A stretch of DNA of 40,310 bases, taken from positions 1 through 40,310 of the IMG/VR virus record IMGVR_UViG_3300011438_000021; one strand, 5' to 3'. Below are positions 24,370-33,939 of this stretch, piece by piece. The notes beneath the pieces were generated by a model. It saw nothing but the letters and a program-made list of their open reading frames with translations, was not told the origin of the DNA and made no database searches. Source of the stretch: a virus (Duplodnaviria > Caudoviricetes). Position 1 is the stretch's first letter; every line of letters begins with the position of its first letter. A program made the translations under genes and the position numbers.

Positions 24370-25841
24370 TGGACTACCCGGGGTTCGTCGGACCCAGCAA
24401 CACCAGCCCGGCGCAGATGGCCGACCACGAGCGGCTGGTGAACTGGTATATCGAGACGGTGCAGTCGGCGGGGGCGCCGACCCGCGCCGTGCTGTTGCCG
24501 ACGCCGGGGTTTCGGTCGTTCACCACGATGGGCGCGGTCGGGTGCCGGGCACTGCTCGACCTCACGACGCACGTCTACGCGGTCTATGGCGACAAGTTCA
24601 AGCGGGTGGACGCCAGCGGGACGGTCACCGACCTCGCGACGGTCGCGCTCGACGCCAACCCGGCGACCCTGTCCTACAACGGGCCGACCGGCGGGCAGAT
24701 CTTTGTCACGAGCGGCGCCAACGGCTACGTCTACACCATCAGTTCGGGCGCGTTCACGCAGGTGCTGACCGGGACGGCGCTGATGGGCGCGGCGAAGGAT
24801 GGCAGCTTCCTCGCGCTCGACGCGACGAGCGGGCAGGTGCGGCAGTCGAACGCGAACGATGGCCTGACCGGCTGGACGAACCCCACGATGGCCTTCTCGT
24901 GGAACCTGCCCGACAAGATCGCGGCGATGGTGGTCAGCAACGACGAACTGTGGCTGATCGGCGAGTCGCTGGGCGCGGTGTTCTACCACACGGGCGCGTT
25001 CCCGCAGCCCTTTGGCCCCATCCCGGGCGCGGTGTTCAACTACGGCACCCGGGCACCCTTCAGCGTGAAGGCGGGCGGCGACAGCATCGTCTGGCTGTCG
25101 CACAACAAAGAGGGCGCCGGGAGCATCCTGATGGCCTCGGGCTACACGCCCGGGTCGATTAGCAGCTACGCCGTGGGGCAGGCGATCAGTAAATACGACG
25201 CGACGTTCGGGACGCGGGACTGCGAGTGCTTGGTCTACAAACAGAACGAACACACCTTCGTCAATGTGACGTTCCCGGCGGCGCAGGCGACGTGGACGCT
25301 CGATAAGGAACTGAGCCTCTGGCACGAGCGCGGACGCTGGAACGAGAGCCGCGCCGCCTATGACCACTGGGCGCCCCGGATGAACGTCCACGCCTTCGGG
25401 AAGCACCTCGTCGGGGACCGCACCAGTAACCTCTTGCAGGAGATGCGAGCCGACTACGGGACCGAGATCGACGGCGGACCCATCCGGCGCCTGCGCGTGC
25501 CCCCGCCACTCTGGGCGTCCACCCGGGGACGGCTGTCGGTGTCGCGCTTCGACGTGGTGCTGGACAGCGGGCTGGGCACGCCGACCGGGCAGGGGCAGCA
25601 CCCAGACATCCGCCTGCGCGTGAGCCTCGACGGCGGGTATACGTGGGGGAGCCAGCGCCGCACGAGCGCCGGGACGATGGGCCAGTATGGCCTCCGGCCC
25701 TACTGGGTCGGCCTCGGGTCGAGCGAAACGATCTGGACCCCCGAGGTCGTGGTGTCCGACCCGGTGCCGTATCGGTTGTCGATGGCGATGGTCGAAGGGC
25801 AGGGCATCCGGCAGACCGGCGCCCCGCAGGCGCAAAACTGA
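24369..25841 (+). CDS. Tail hub / DNA stabilization protein (P22 gp10-like)
   Basis: LLPTPG, beta-propeller-like repeats, WHER, RLRVSLDGGYTWG..R...G..GQY. Confidence 0.85.
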   Translation: MDYPGFVGPSNTSPAQMADHERLVNWYIETVQSAGAPTRAVLLPTPGFRSFTTMGAVGCRALLDLTTHVYAVYGDKFKRVDASGTVTDLATVALDANPATLSYNGPTGGQIFVTSGANGYVYTISSGAFTQVLTGTALMGAAKDGSFLALDATSGQVRQSNANDGLTGWTNPTMAFSWNLPDKIAAMVVSNDELWLIGESLGAVFYHTGAFPQPFGPIPGAVFNYGTRAPFSVKAGGDSIVWLSHNKEGAGSILMASGYTPGSISSYAVGQAISKYDATFGTRDCECLVYKQNEHTFVNVTFPAAQATWTLDKELSLWHERGRWNESRAAYDHWAPRMNVHAFGKHLVGDRTSNLLQEMRADYGTEIDGGPIRRLRVPPPLWASTRGRLSVSRFDVVLDSGLGTPTGQGQHPDIRLRVSLDGGYTWGSQRRTSAGTMGQYGLRPYWVGLGSSETIWTPEVVVSDPVPYRLSMAMVEGQGIRQTGAPQAQN

Positions 25842-26317
25842 TGGCCGTCGAGAACCTCGCCCCGCCCCCGCTGCGCTCGCGCCTCGTGGACAAAACGGGG
25901 CTGATGACCCGCGAGTTCAACAACTGGCTGCGCGGGCTGACCAGTGCCGTGAACGCCTCGGCGACCCAGTCGGTGCAGCCGATTGTGCTCAGTGACCTCA
26001 GTGCCGCGTTGGGCACCTCGGTGCTGCTGCCCTTCGCCCCGGCAGGCGTGTATCGCCTGTCTTACACGGTGCGGATCAGCCAAGCCGCGACGGTGTCGAG
26101 CAGCGTGACCGTGCGGTTCCACTGGTTCGCCGGGGGCCTCTCGCAGACCTTCAGTGCGCCCGCGCTCACCACCAACTCCACGACGACGCCGCAGTCGGAC
26201 GCCATCCTCGTGCAGGTGGACCCCGGGACGCTGATCAGCTACTCGACGCTCTACGACTCGGTCGGCGCAACCGTGATGACCTACGACCTCGCGGTGACCT
26301 GCGAGGCGCTCGGATGA
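25841..26317 (+). CDS. Tail accessory protein
   Basis: TGATG coupling; PPLRSRLVDKTGLMTREFNNW N-terminus common after gp10-like genes. Confidence 0.65.
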   Translation: MAVENLAPPPLRSRLVDKTGLMTREFNNWLRGLTSAVNASATQSVQPIVLSDLSAALGTSVLLPFAPAGVYRLSYTVRISQAATVSSSVTVRFHWFAGGLSQTFSAPALTTNSTTTPQSDAILVQVDPGTLISYSTLYDSVGATVMTYDLAVTCEALG

Positions 26318-26772
26318 TCCGGCCCGCCACGCTCGCCGACGTGCCGCGCCTCGTGGAGATGGGCGTGTCCCTGCGGCGCGAGCCGGTGCTGCGGGACCAC
26401 CTGCAGGAGAACCCCACGGCACTGGAGGCCGTGGCACACTCGCTGGTGACCGGCGAGGCGTCCGACCTGCTCGTGGCCGAGCGAGACGGGGGCGTGGTCG
26501 GGATGCTCGGCCTGCTGGCGTATTCGCACCCGATGAGCGGGCAGCGCGTGGCGAGTGAGATCGCCTTCTGGGTGGACCCGGCGCACCGGGGCGCGGGCGT
26601 GGCGCTGCTGCGAGCCGGGGAGGCGTGGGCGCGGGCGCACGAGTGCCCCGAGATGGAAATGGGGTCGCCCAACGAGCGGGTGGACCGCCTCTACGAGCGC
26701 CTCGGCTACGTGGCGGTCGAACGGCGGTATCGGAAGATGGTGGGCGACGACGAGGTCGGGAGGGTAGCGTAA
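26314..26772 (+). CDS. GNAT-family N-acetyltransferase
   Basis: MIRPATLADVP...FWVDPAHRG...LYERLGY. Confidence 0.85.
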   Translation: MIRPATLADVPRLVEMGVSLRREPVLRDHLQENPTALEAVAHSLVTGEASDLLVAERDGGVVGMLGLLAYSHPMSGQRVASEIAFWVDPAHRGAGVALLRAGEAWARAHECPEMEMGSPNERVDRLYERLGYVAVERRYRKMVGDDEVGRVA

Positions 26773-27368
26773 TGGCAATCGGCACGACAGCGGCAATCCT
26801 GATGCTGGCCGGGAGCGGCCTGACGGCGGCGTCTTCGATCTACAAAGCGAAGAAGGAAAACGCCGCGTATAAATCCAACACCCAACTCCAAACGGAGGCC
26901 GCGACTCGTGCGGCGGAACTGCAGGCGACCGCCGCCGCCCGGGCGTCCGAGGTTGAGGAGAAAAGCAACGCCGACCTGTTGGCGTTCTACCGCGAGCAGG
27001 CAGCGGCAGGCTCGGGCGGGGGCGGCGGGGGCGGCTACAGCCGTGACCCCGTCGAGGACGCCCGCTATGACGCGGCGGTCGCGCTGGAGGCCCAACGCTA
27101 CAAGGAGAAGAAGGAACTGGAGGCCCAACGCTACGGCGAGGCCGTGGCCCGGCGCCAGCCTTACATGAACCTCGGCCTCGGGGCGCTCGCGCAGATGGGG
27201 TCCGCCCCGCCCAGCGGAGCGCAGAACACACTCAGCCCGCAGTCGCAGGGGGCGATGGTGAGCGCGGGCACCGTGCCCTACGCGGCGAAGTTCAGTGAGA
27301 CACCCCCGCCAGTCGGGAGCCTCTCGGACATCCTCGCGAAGAAGCAGCAGACAGGAGCAGGCGCATGA
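26772..27368 (+). CDS. DNA ejection/internal virion protein (gp7-like)
   Basis: Hydrophobic Gly/Ala N-terminus; QPYMNLGLGAL motif. Confidence 0.65.
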   Translation: MAIGTTAAILMLAGSGLTAASSIYKAKKENAAYKSNTQLQTEAATRAAELQATAAARASEVEEKSNADLLAFYREQAAAGSGGGGGGGYSRDPVEDARYDAAVALEAQRYKEKKELEAQRYGEAVARRQPYMNLGLGALAQMGSAPPSGAQNTLSPQSQGAMVSAGTVPYAAKFSETPPPVGSLSDILAKKQQTGAGA

Positions 27369-28504
27369 CCGCGATGATTCAGGACCGGAAGACCGGCAAG
27401 TATTTGCCCTACCCGGAGAACGACGACGGGCTGGGCAATGTCCTGATCGACGGCGTGCTGTATAGCAACGGCGCCGGGAAGGCGAAGTATGCGGAGATGT
27501 CCGCCGCGCCGCCGACCGAGCAACCGAGCTACGAGAACCCGGGCGTGCCCATCAAGCCCGAGGACGAGACGCGCCTGCCCGAGCAGATCGGGGACGAGCG
27601 CGACCTGACGACACCCCCGCCCGACAACACGGCGGGGCACCCCCAGCAGGGCGTCACCTACGACCTTGACCACGTAGACGCGCAGGGCAAGAACGTCTAT
27701 CGCGGGTCAGACGGGCTGTTCTACACCGACGACCCGACCGGCATGAACGGGATGGGCCGCTACACGGCGCCTGCGGCAGCGGCCCCGCCCCCGCCTGCGA
27801 CCGCGACCAGTGGCGGGTCGGGCGGCGGGGGGACCGGGGGCGGCGGGGGCGGCACAGAGACACCGACGCCGACCCCGACCACACCCCCTGTCGATATTGG
27901 GTCGGCGAGTGGCGGCGGGGGAGGCACCGGCACAGGCACGCCGACCACCCCGCCGAAGCCCGCCGTGGACCCCGCGTGGCTCAAGAATTACATCGACGCG
28001 GGCGGGAAGCCGTTTGAAGCGCCGGAAGGGTCCACGCTGCCCGGGCCGTTTGAGTATCCCGACTGGGTCGCCCCCGAGGACTTTAAGGGGGTCAGCAAAG
28101 AAGACCTCTACGCCGACCCGAGCTACCAGTTTCGGCTCGATGAGTCGATGGGGGCGCTCCAGAACAGCGCGACCGGCAAGGGCCTGCTCAACTCGGGCGG
28201 CACGCTGCACGACCTGCTCGGCCTCGGGAGCCAGTTCGCCTCGACCGAATACGGGAACGTCTGGGACCGGGCGCTGGGGACGTGGAAGACCAACTACGGC
28301 AAGTCACTGGACACCTACGCAACCAACCGGGGCAACGCCGCCGACATCTACGGGACCAAGGTGAACAGCGCAACCGACATCTACAACCGAGGCCGGAAGG
28401 AGTGGCAGGAGGGCGTGGACGACTACTACACCAACCGGGACGCGGGCTGGAAAAAGATCTTTGATTCCTCGACACTCGGCGCGGGCGCCGCGACCTCGCT
28501 CTAA
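27365..28504 (+). CDS. DNA ejection/transfer protein
   Basis: DPSYQFRLDE...LQNSATGKGLLNSGGTL motif; Gly/Pro/Thr linker. Confidence 0.7.
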   Translation: MTAMIQDRKTGKYLPYPENDDGLGNVLIDGVLYSNGAGKAKYAEMSAAPPTEQPSYENPGVPIKPEDETRLPEQIGDERDLTTPPPDNTAGHPQQGVTYDLDHVDAQGKNVYRGSDGLFYTDDPTGMNGMGRYTAPAAAAPPPPATATSGGSGGGGTGGGGGGTETPTPTPTTPPVDIGSASGGGGGTGTGTPTTPPKPAVDPAWLKNYIDAGGKPFEAPEGSTLPGPFEYPDWVAPEDFKGVSKEDLYADPSYQFRLDESMGALQNSATGKGLLNSGGTLHDLLGLGSQFASTEYGNVWDRALGTWKTNYGKSLDTYATNRGNAADIYGTKVNSATDIYNRGRKEWQEGVDDYYTNRDAGWKKIFDSSTLGAGAATSL

Positions 28505-28513
28505 GGGGCACCG

Positions 28514-28876
28514 ATGAACCCCTACGCCGGGTCAATTGGGGAACTGCTCGCGAACGCGGGGCGGATCAAAGCGCAGCGCATCCGCACGGCGGCGAACCTT
28601 GCTGCGGCCCAACAGGCGCGGCTCGCGGAGATTGCCGGAGACAGCGTCCTGCAGCGGAGCCAGAGCGGGTTCAACCCCTTTGAGGCCCTCGCGGGGTCGC
28701 TCGGGGACTACCTGCGGGCCAAACGCTTCGACACCCCGGTGAAGACCACCGCGACCGCCGGGACGGGGTATCCGCTGCAGCCGAGCATCGCCCCGGAGCG
28801 GGCCTACACGGGACAGGCGACGTTCGACCAGCTCTACCGCATCGGCGCCCTGAACCCGACGACTGTGCCCTACTGA
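28514..28876 (+). CDS. Short paralog of the N-terminus of the next ejection protein
   Basis: YAGSIGELLANAGRIKAQRIRTAANL versus YTGTIADLMANAGRIQAQRIREAANL. Confidence 0.7.
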   Translation: MNPYAGSIGELLANAGRIKAQRIRTAANLAAAQQARLAEIAGDSVLQRSQSGFNPFEALAGSLGDYLRAKRFDTPVKTTATAGTGYPLQPSIAPERAYTGQATFDQLYRIGALNPTTVPY

Positions 28877-28886
28877 GAGGCGAGAC

Positions 28887-30737
28887 ATGGCGACCTACAC
28901 CGGCACGATTGCCGACCTGATGGCGAACGCGGGGCGGATTCAGGCGCAGCGGATACGCGAGGCCGCGAACCTGCAGGCCACGAGCCAGCAGCGCATCGCG
29001 GAGATCGCGGCTGCCGCCAACGCGCAGCGGGCGCAGAACAACATCAACCTGTTTGGGGGCCTCGCGCAGCAGGTGGGCGGGACGCTGAACGACTACCTGC
29101 AATACAAGGCCTACAGCGACCGAACGAAAGTGCAGCAGCAGCAGGAGGCACGGGCGCAGGCCCAGTTCGACCAGCAGCAGGAGGACCGTGCCCTCGCCCG
29201 CCGGAACGACTACCAGTCGCAGCGGGCGATGATGCCGCAGGCGGCTGGCGGCGGGCCGGGCGATGCGGACTTCGGCGGCGGGCCGAACGACCCCGGCTAC
29301 GGCCCCCCCCGTCCGACGCCGATGGGCCTCCCGACCACGGGTCTGCCGGATATGCCCACGCCCGGGGGTCCACCGACCGCCCCGTCGATGGGCCTCCCGA
29401 CCCCCGGGATGCCGGGGGGCGGGCTACCGGACATCACGCCGACCCCCGACCGGGCGACCCCCTACAACCACCCCGACCGGCTCGACCCGAACCGGGAGAT
29501 CAAGCCGACTCGCGAGCAGATGCTGGCGGGGCAACCGACGTTCGCGCACCGCGAGGCGCTGACGAAGGTCTTCACGGCGATTGACGACCAAAACGCGAAG
29601 CGTAAGAAGGCCGAGGACGACGCGAAGAAGGCGCAGCAGGACGCGCTCGGCGTGACCGCCTACGGGCTGTCGAAGTTCGGCATGGAGCCGAACGGGCGGA
29701 TCAATCCTCGGGCGCTGGACGCCGCGATGGAAGAGGCCGAGGCGTCAGGGGTGCCAGTGGAGACGCTGGATCAACTCCGGGCGGGGTTACAGGCCCGCCC
29801 TGAAATGGCGGGGCAGTTCCTCGACTCCCTGATCAGCCGGTCGGAAACGGCGCGAGCGATGCGGAAGGACGAGGGCACAGACAAACCGATGGCGGTCGCG
29901 CCGGGCACGCCGCTCTACGACTTCAAGACCGGCAAGTGGATTCAGAACCCGAACGCGAAAGAGGTCACCTTCCAAGCCCCGCAGACCAAGCTCGTGAACG
30001 GGAAGCGCGTGGACGTGCAGCGGGGCAGCGACGGGTTCTGGTATGACATGAGCGGCGGCAAGCTCGACGCCCAGTCGGTCAGCCCCGAGCCGGAGAAGGT
30101 CACCACGCCGACGACCCGCTACTCGCCGCAGGACGTGGTGGACGACACGGGGAAGACCGTGAAGGCCAACTACGACGCGCTGACGGGCCGCTACACGACG
30201 AACGACGGCACGGTGATACGGAACCCCCAGAAGCCGCCGACCGACACGCAGGCCGCGACCACGACCAGCGCGAGCAAGGTGCTGACGGTCTTTTCCAAGC
30301 TCTCCGACCTGTCGGAGAAAATTAACACGGGGAAGGGCCTCATTGCGAAGGCGCAGGGCGCCGCCTCGATTGCCGCCGCGCAGGCCAACTACAACGACGA
30401 CGTGGCTGAATACGAGGCGCTGATCGACACCTACACGCCGATCATGGCGCGGGCGAACGGGCACACGGGCGTCCTGACCGAGCAGGACGTGCAAAGCACC
30501 AAGGCGATTTTCCCCCGCCCGGGCGACTCCAAGACCCTGCGCGACCGCAAGATCAAGACGATGGAAAGCCTGATGGGCGCAGGCGGGCAGACACCGGCTA
30601 CGCCGCCTCGCGACGAGTGGCCCGAGGGCGCCTCGGTCGCCGTGCGGTCCCCGAAGAGCGGGAAGACCTACTACTACAAGACCCGGGCGGAAGCGGACGC
30701 GGCGGTCAACAAGGCGAAAGCCCAAGGCCTCTGGTAA
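28887..30737 (+). CDS. Internal virion/ejection protein
   Basis: 616 aa; Gln-rich and Pro-rich segments; GVLTEQD motif; gene position. Confidence 0.7.
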   Translation: MATYTGTIADLMANAGRIQAQRIREAANLQATSQQRIAEIAAAANAQRAQNNINLFGGLAQQVGGTLNDYLQYKAYSDRTKVQQQQEARAQAQFDQQQEDRALARRNDYQSQRAMMPQAAGGGPGDADFGGGPNDPGYGPPRPTPMGLPTTGLPDMPTPGGPPTAPSMGLPTPGMPGGGLPDITPTPDRATPYNHPDRLDPNREIKPTREQMLAGQPTFAHREALTKVFTAIDDQNAKRKKAEDDAKKAQQDALGVTAYGLSKFGMEPNGRINPRALDAAMEEAEASGVPVETLDQLRAGLQARPEMAGQFLDSLISRSETARAMRKDEGTDKPMAVAPGTPLYDFKTGKWIQNPNAKEVTFQAPQTKLVNGKRVDVQRGSDGFWYDMSGGKLDAQSVSPEPEKVTTPTTRYSPQDVVDDTGKTVKANYDALTGRYTTNDGTVIRNPQKPPTDTQAATTTSASKVLTVFSKLSDLSEKINTGKGLIAKAQGAASIAAAQANYNDDVAEYEALIDTYTPIMARANGHTGVLTEQDVQSTKAIFPRPGDSKTLRDRKIKTMESLMGAGGQTPATPPRDEWPEGASVAVRSPKSGKTYYYKTRAEADAAVNKAKAQGLW

Positions 30738-32588
30738 ATGCCGCCCCAGAACCCGCTCGACGCCCTGATGCAGGCCAATGGGGCCATCGGGTCGGCCCCG
30801 CCGCCGACCGGGCTATCCCTGTCGGCCTCGACGCCGTCTGCGCCCGAGGACGACCCGCTCGATGCCCTGATGCAGGCCAACGGCGGGGTGACCGCGCCGA
30901 GGCCGGTCGAGGTCGAGACTGACGAGGGCCTCGGGGCCTTCGCCCGGCATACGTGGGCGGGGGCGAACCCGCTCAACATCGGGCAAATGCTGCCGTGGCC
31001 GAAGGCGCTCGGCGGCAGCGGCGTGGACAACCCGTTCAACCCGGTCAAGGATGCCGAGGCGCGGAAGGTGGTGAAGGACGAGGCCGACGCCCTCTGGGCG
31101 CAAGGCAACTACCCCGTGGCGGTCCTGAAGTATCTGGAGTCGTTCACGCCCTACCTCGGCCCGATGATGGCGCAGCAGGGCGACCAACTCCAGAAGGGCC
31201 AATACGCGGCGGCGGCGGGCGACCTGACCGGGATGTATCTGGGCGCGAAGGTGGTGCCGAAGGTGGTCGGCGCGGCCCTGCGGTCGCCCCGGCTCGTGCG
31301 GCCTGCCGTGGACCCCGTGAACCAACTCGCGGAGAACATCGGCGTGCGCCAGTCGGTCGGCGAGGCGACCGGCAACCGCCCGCTGCAGGCCAGCGGCCAG
31401 ATGGCGGGCTACACGCCCATCGGGGCGTTCATCGACTACTTCCGGCGCCGGAACAACACCGCTGCGCTGGCGCGGGCGAACGAGGGCGTGCGGCAGTCGG
31501 TGCGCGGGGGCGGGACCGTGGATGCAACCGAGGCGGGCACCAACCTCGCGGCGCAGCTAGAGTCGCGGGTGCAGGCCGAGCGCGGCTACGGGCAGCGGCA
31601 GTATGGGGTGGTCGAGCAGGCGGTCGAGGCCCCGAACCAGACCCGCGTGGTGGTGCCTCGGTCTGGCGAACCGCCGGTCCTGATGCAAATGCCCATCGAC
31701 ATCCGACCCGTGCGAACGGTCCTGCGGCCCGTCTGGAACGAGATCCAGACCTTCACCGCCGAGTCGCGCCGGGGGATGTCGAACGCCATTCGCTCGCTGG
31801 AAAGCCTGATGGAGGGCGACGACTTCATGCCCCAGCAGGTCGCGGAGAAGCATCTGGGGCGACTCAAGGAACTGATGCGCGAGTCGGACGGCAACACCCG
31901 CCGCCTGACCGGCATGGCCGTGCGCGACTTCCAGCGGCAGATCAACCGCTCGGTGCAGCAGGCCGACCCGACCGCCTACCGGGCGCTGCGGCAGGGGCGG
32001 GCGTCATGGCGGGCGAAGGCCCAGACCGAGGCCCTGCGCGACAAGGTGTTCAAGGACGACCCGAACTTCCGCGAGGAGGGCGCCCCGGTGAGGCGCCTGC
32101 TCGGCCCAGAGGACGCGGGTAGCATTCGGATGCTGGAGCGGGTGCGGGCACAGTCCCCCACGTCCATCCCGGGCTTGGCGCGGACGTTTGTGGACCGCCT
32201 GCTGGACTACAACGGCGAGAAGATGCTCGCCGAGTGGCGGAAGTTCGGCCCGCGCAAGAAGGCCGTCCTGTTCACGCCCGACCAGATCACCCTGCTCGAC
32301 AACCTGACCGAGCTACACGCCCGGCTGGCGCGGGTGGAGAACACGAGCCGCACGGCCACGTCGCTCATGTCGGTTGCCGTGGGGAACGCGATGGGCCTCG
32401 GGGCGTGGTCATTTATCCTGCAGTCGCCGACTGCCGTGCATTTAGCGACCCGGGCCGTGCGCCTCGGGCTGCAACCCGCAGGCACCCTCGCGCAGGCGAC
32501 CGCCCGGGCCGTGCAGGTCGGGGCGCTGATGAAAGCGGCCACGCAAGCGGCAGACGCGCAACCGGACGAGGACGATGCCGACCAGTAA
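30738..32588 (+). CDS. Internal virion/ejection protein
   Basis: 616 aa, helical; PLDALMQANG repeated twice; ENTSRTA motif. Confidence 0.7.
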   Translation: MPPQNPLDALMQANGAIGSAPPPTGLSLSASTPSAPEDDPLDALMQANGGVTAPRPVEVETDEGLGAFARHTWAGANPLNIGQMLPWPKALGGSGVDNPFNPVKDAEARKVVKDEADALWAQGNYPVAVLKYLESFTPYLGPMMAQQGDQLQKGQYAAAAGDLTGMYLGAKVVPKVVGAALRSPRLVRPAVDPVNQLAENIGVRQSVGEATGNRPLQASGQMAGYTPIGAFIDYFRRRNNTAALARANEGVRQSVRGGGTVDATEAGTNLAAQLESRVQAERGYGQRQYGVVEQAVEAPNQTRVVVPRSGEPPVLMQMPIDIRPVRTVLRPVWNEIQTFTAESRRGMSNAIRSLESLMEGDDFMPQQVAEKHLGRLKELMRESDGNTRRLTGMAVRDFQRQINRSVQQADPTAYRALRQGRASWRAKAQTEALRDKVFKDDPNFREEGAPVRRLLGPEDAGSIRMLERVRAQSPTSIPGLARTFVDRLLDYNGEKMLAEWRKFGPRKKAVLFTPDQITLLDNLTELHARLARVENTSRTATSLMSVAVGNAMGLGAWSFILQSPTAVHLATRAVRLGLQPAGTLAQATARAVQVGALMKAATQAADAQPDEDDADQ

Positions 32589-33939
32589 AACGCTCATGCC
32601 AGCGCCCTACCTGACGCTGGAGGACATCGACGGGGACGCCCTGACCGGCGGCACCGTCACGTTCCTTGACACCGGCACGGCCATCCTCGCGACCGTCTAC
32701 GCCGACGCCAACGGGCTGGTCATCTCGGCCAACCCGCTGACGGTGGACGCCGCCGGGCGCTACTCGGTGTGGCTCACGCCGTATCAGGTGGTCGATGTTG
32801 AATACCGGGACCAGTTCGGCACCCTGATCAAGACCGTGCCCGGGGTGCAGGCCATCCCGGGGGCGGGCGGGAACGTGGACATCCCCGGGATACTGGGCGA
32901 TGGCCCCAACATCGGCGCGTGGTATTTTCTCTCGACCGGCGAGCTTGGGGTCGCGGGCCAGTGGCACCTGACGCAGTCGGGGTATCCCTCCAGCCAAGTG
33001 CAGACGGTCGGCGTCCTCATCGCGTCGGAACCAAGCGGCGCGGCGACCTTTCGTATCGCGGGGAAACTGACCGGCCTGACCGGCCTCGTCACCGGGCGGG
33101 TCTACTACCTCGCCGACGCGTATGGGCAGGTCAGCCTGACGCCCGGTCTTTACGGGCGCAAGGTCGGCCAAGCGGACACGCCCACGAGCCTCGTGTTGTG
33201 GCCGAACCCGCCGCCGCTCGTGGACCCGGAGATGGCGACCTACCACGTCGGCGGAACCGTGCTGCAATTGGTGCCGCCCGCTGACACGGTCCTGTTGGAG
33301 AACAACTACGCTGGCCTCGTCGTGCATGGCATCAAAGCGGGCTACCACGGGCAGCGAGTGCAGTTCATCAACGGCGGGACGGCTGGGCAATCTGATTTTC
33401 TCGACAACAGCCCGTCTGCGGCGGCGCCCGACCGGCTGTTCAACTTTGTGGGGTCGGCCCCCACGTCGCTGGCGATTGGCGGGATCTCTCGCGGCACACT
33501 GACCTACGTCTATGACGTCGTGGTCCCCGGCTGGCGGCTGGTCGCGCATGAGCAAGGCGGCTGGATCGTGCCCGCGTTTACTGGGGCGGACTACTCGGCG
33601 GTGGTCCCCGCGATCTGGGTGGTCAACAGCGGGAACGTGTCGCGCTGCGCCTATTACCTGCGCGGGCGGGCGTTACAGGTGCAACTCTTAGTGACCGGCT
33701 CAAACTTAAGCGGGGCCTCCAGCACGATCCTTTCGCGCAAGATCCCCGGCGGTTACACGGCAGGCGCCGAGATTGTGTTCGGCGCGGCGGCGTCGTATCA
33801 GTTAGGCGGCGCCTACGGGTTAGCGGTCTGGTCGAACACCAGCACCACGATCACGTTCCGCCACGACCTCACGGGCGGCTCGGTGTGGCCGACCGGGGAG
33901 ATTTGGGTCGGGGCCGACATGACCATCGGGGTGGATTGA
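32575..33939 (+). CDS. Tail fibre/spike protein, paralog 1
   Basis: N-terminal head-binding-type domain GGTVTFLDTGT...YADANG...NPLTVDAAGR. Confidence 0.8.
   Translation: MPTSKTLMPAPYLTLEDIDGDALTGGTVTFLDTGTAILATVYADANGLVISANPLTVDAAGRYSVWLTPYQVVDVEYRDQFGTLIKTVPGVQAIPGAGGNVDIPGILGDGPNIGAWYFLSTGELGVAGQWHLTQSGYPSSQVQTVGVLIASEPSGAATFRIAGKLTGLTGLVTGRVYYLADAYGQVSLTPGLYGRKVGQADTPTSLVLWPNPPPLVDPEMATYHVGGTVLQLVPPADTVLLENNYAGLVVHGIKAGYHGQRVQFINGGTAGQSDFLDNSPSAAAPDRLFNFVGSAPTSLAIGGISRGTLTYVYDVVVPGWRLVAHEQGGWIVPAFTGADYSAVVPAIWVVNSGNVSRCAYYLRGRALQVQLLVTGSNLSGASSTILSRKIPGGYTAGAEIVFGAAASYQLGGAYGLAVWSNTSTTITFRHDLTGGSVWPTGEIWVGADMTIGVD

Noticed and set aside
26314-26772. GNAT acetyltransferase as a novel accessory gene
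   Set aside because: A GNAT gene between the tail and ejection genes is common in P22-like podoviruses.
33674-33683. TACAGGTGCA match to the cassette junction inside fibre 1
   Set aside because: It is only 10 bp, lies mid-gene and lacks the GCGATGA stop/start half, so it is compatible with chance.
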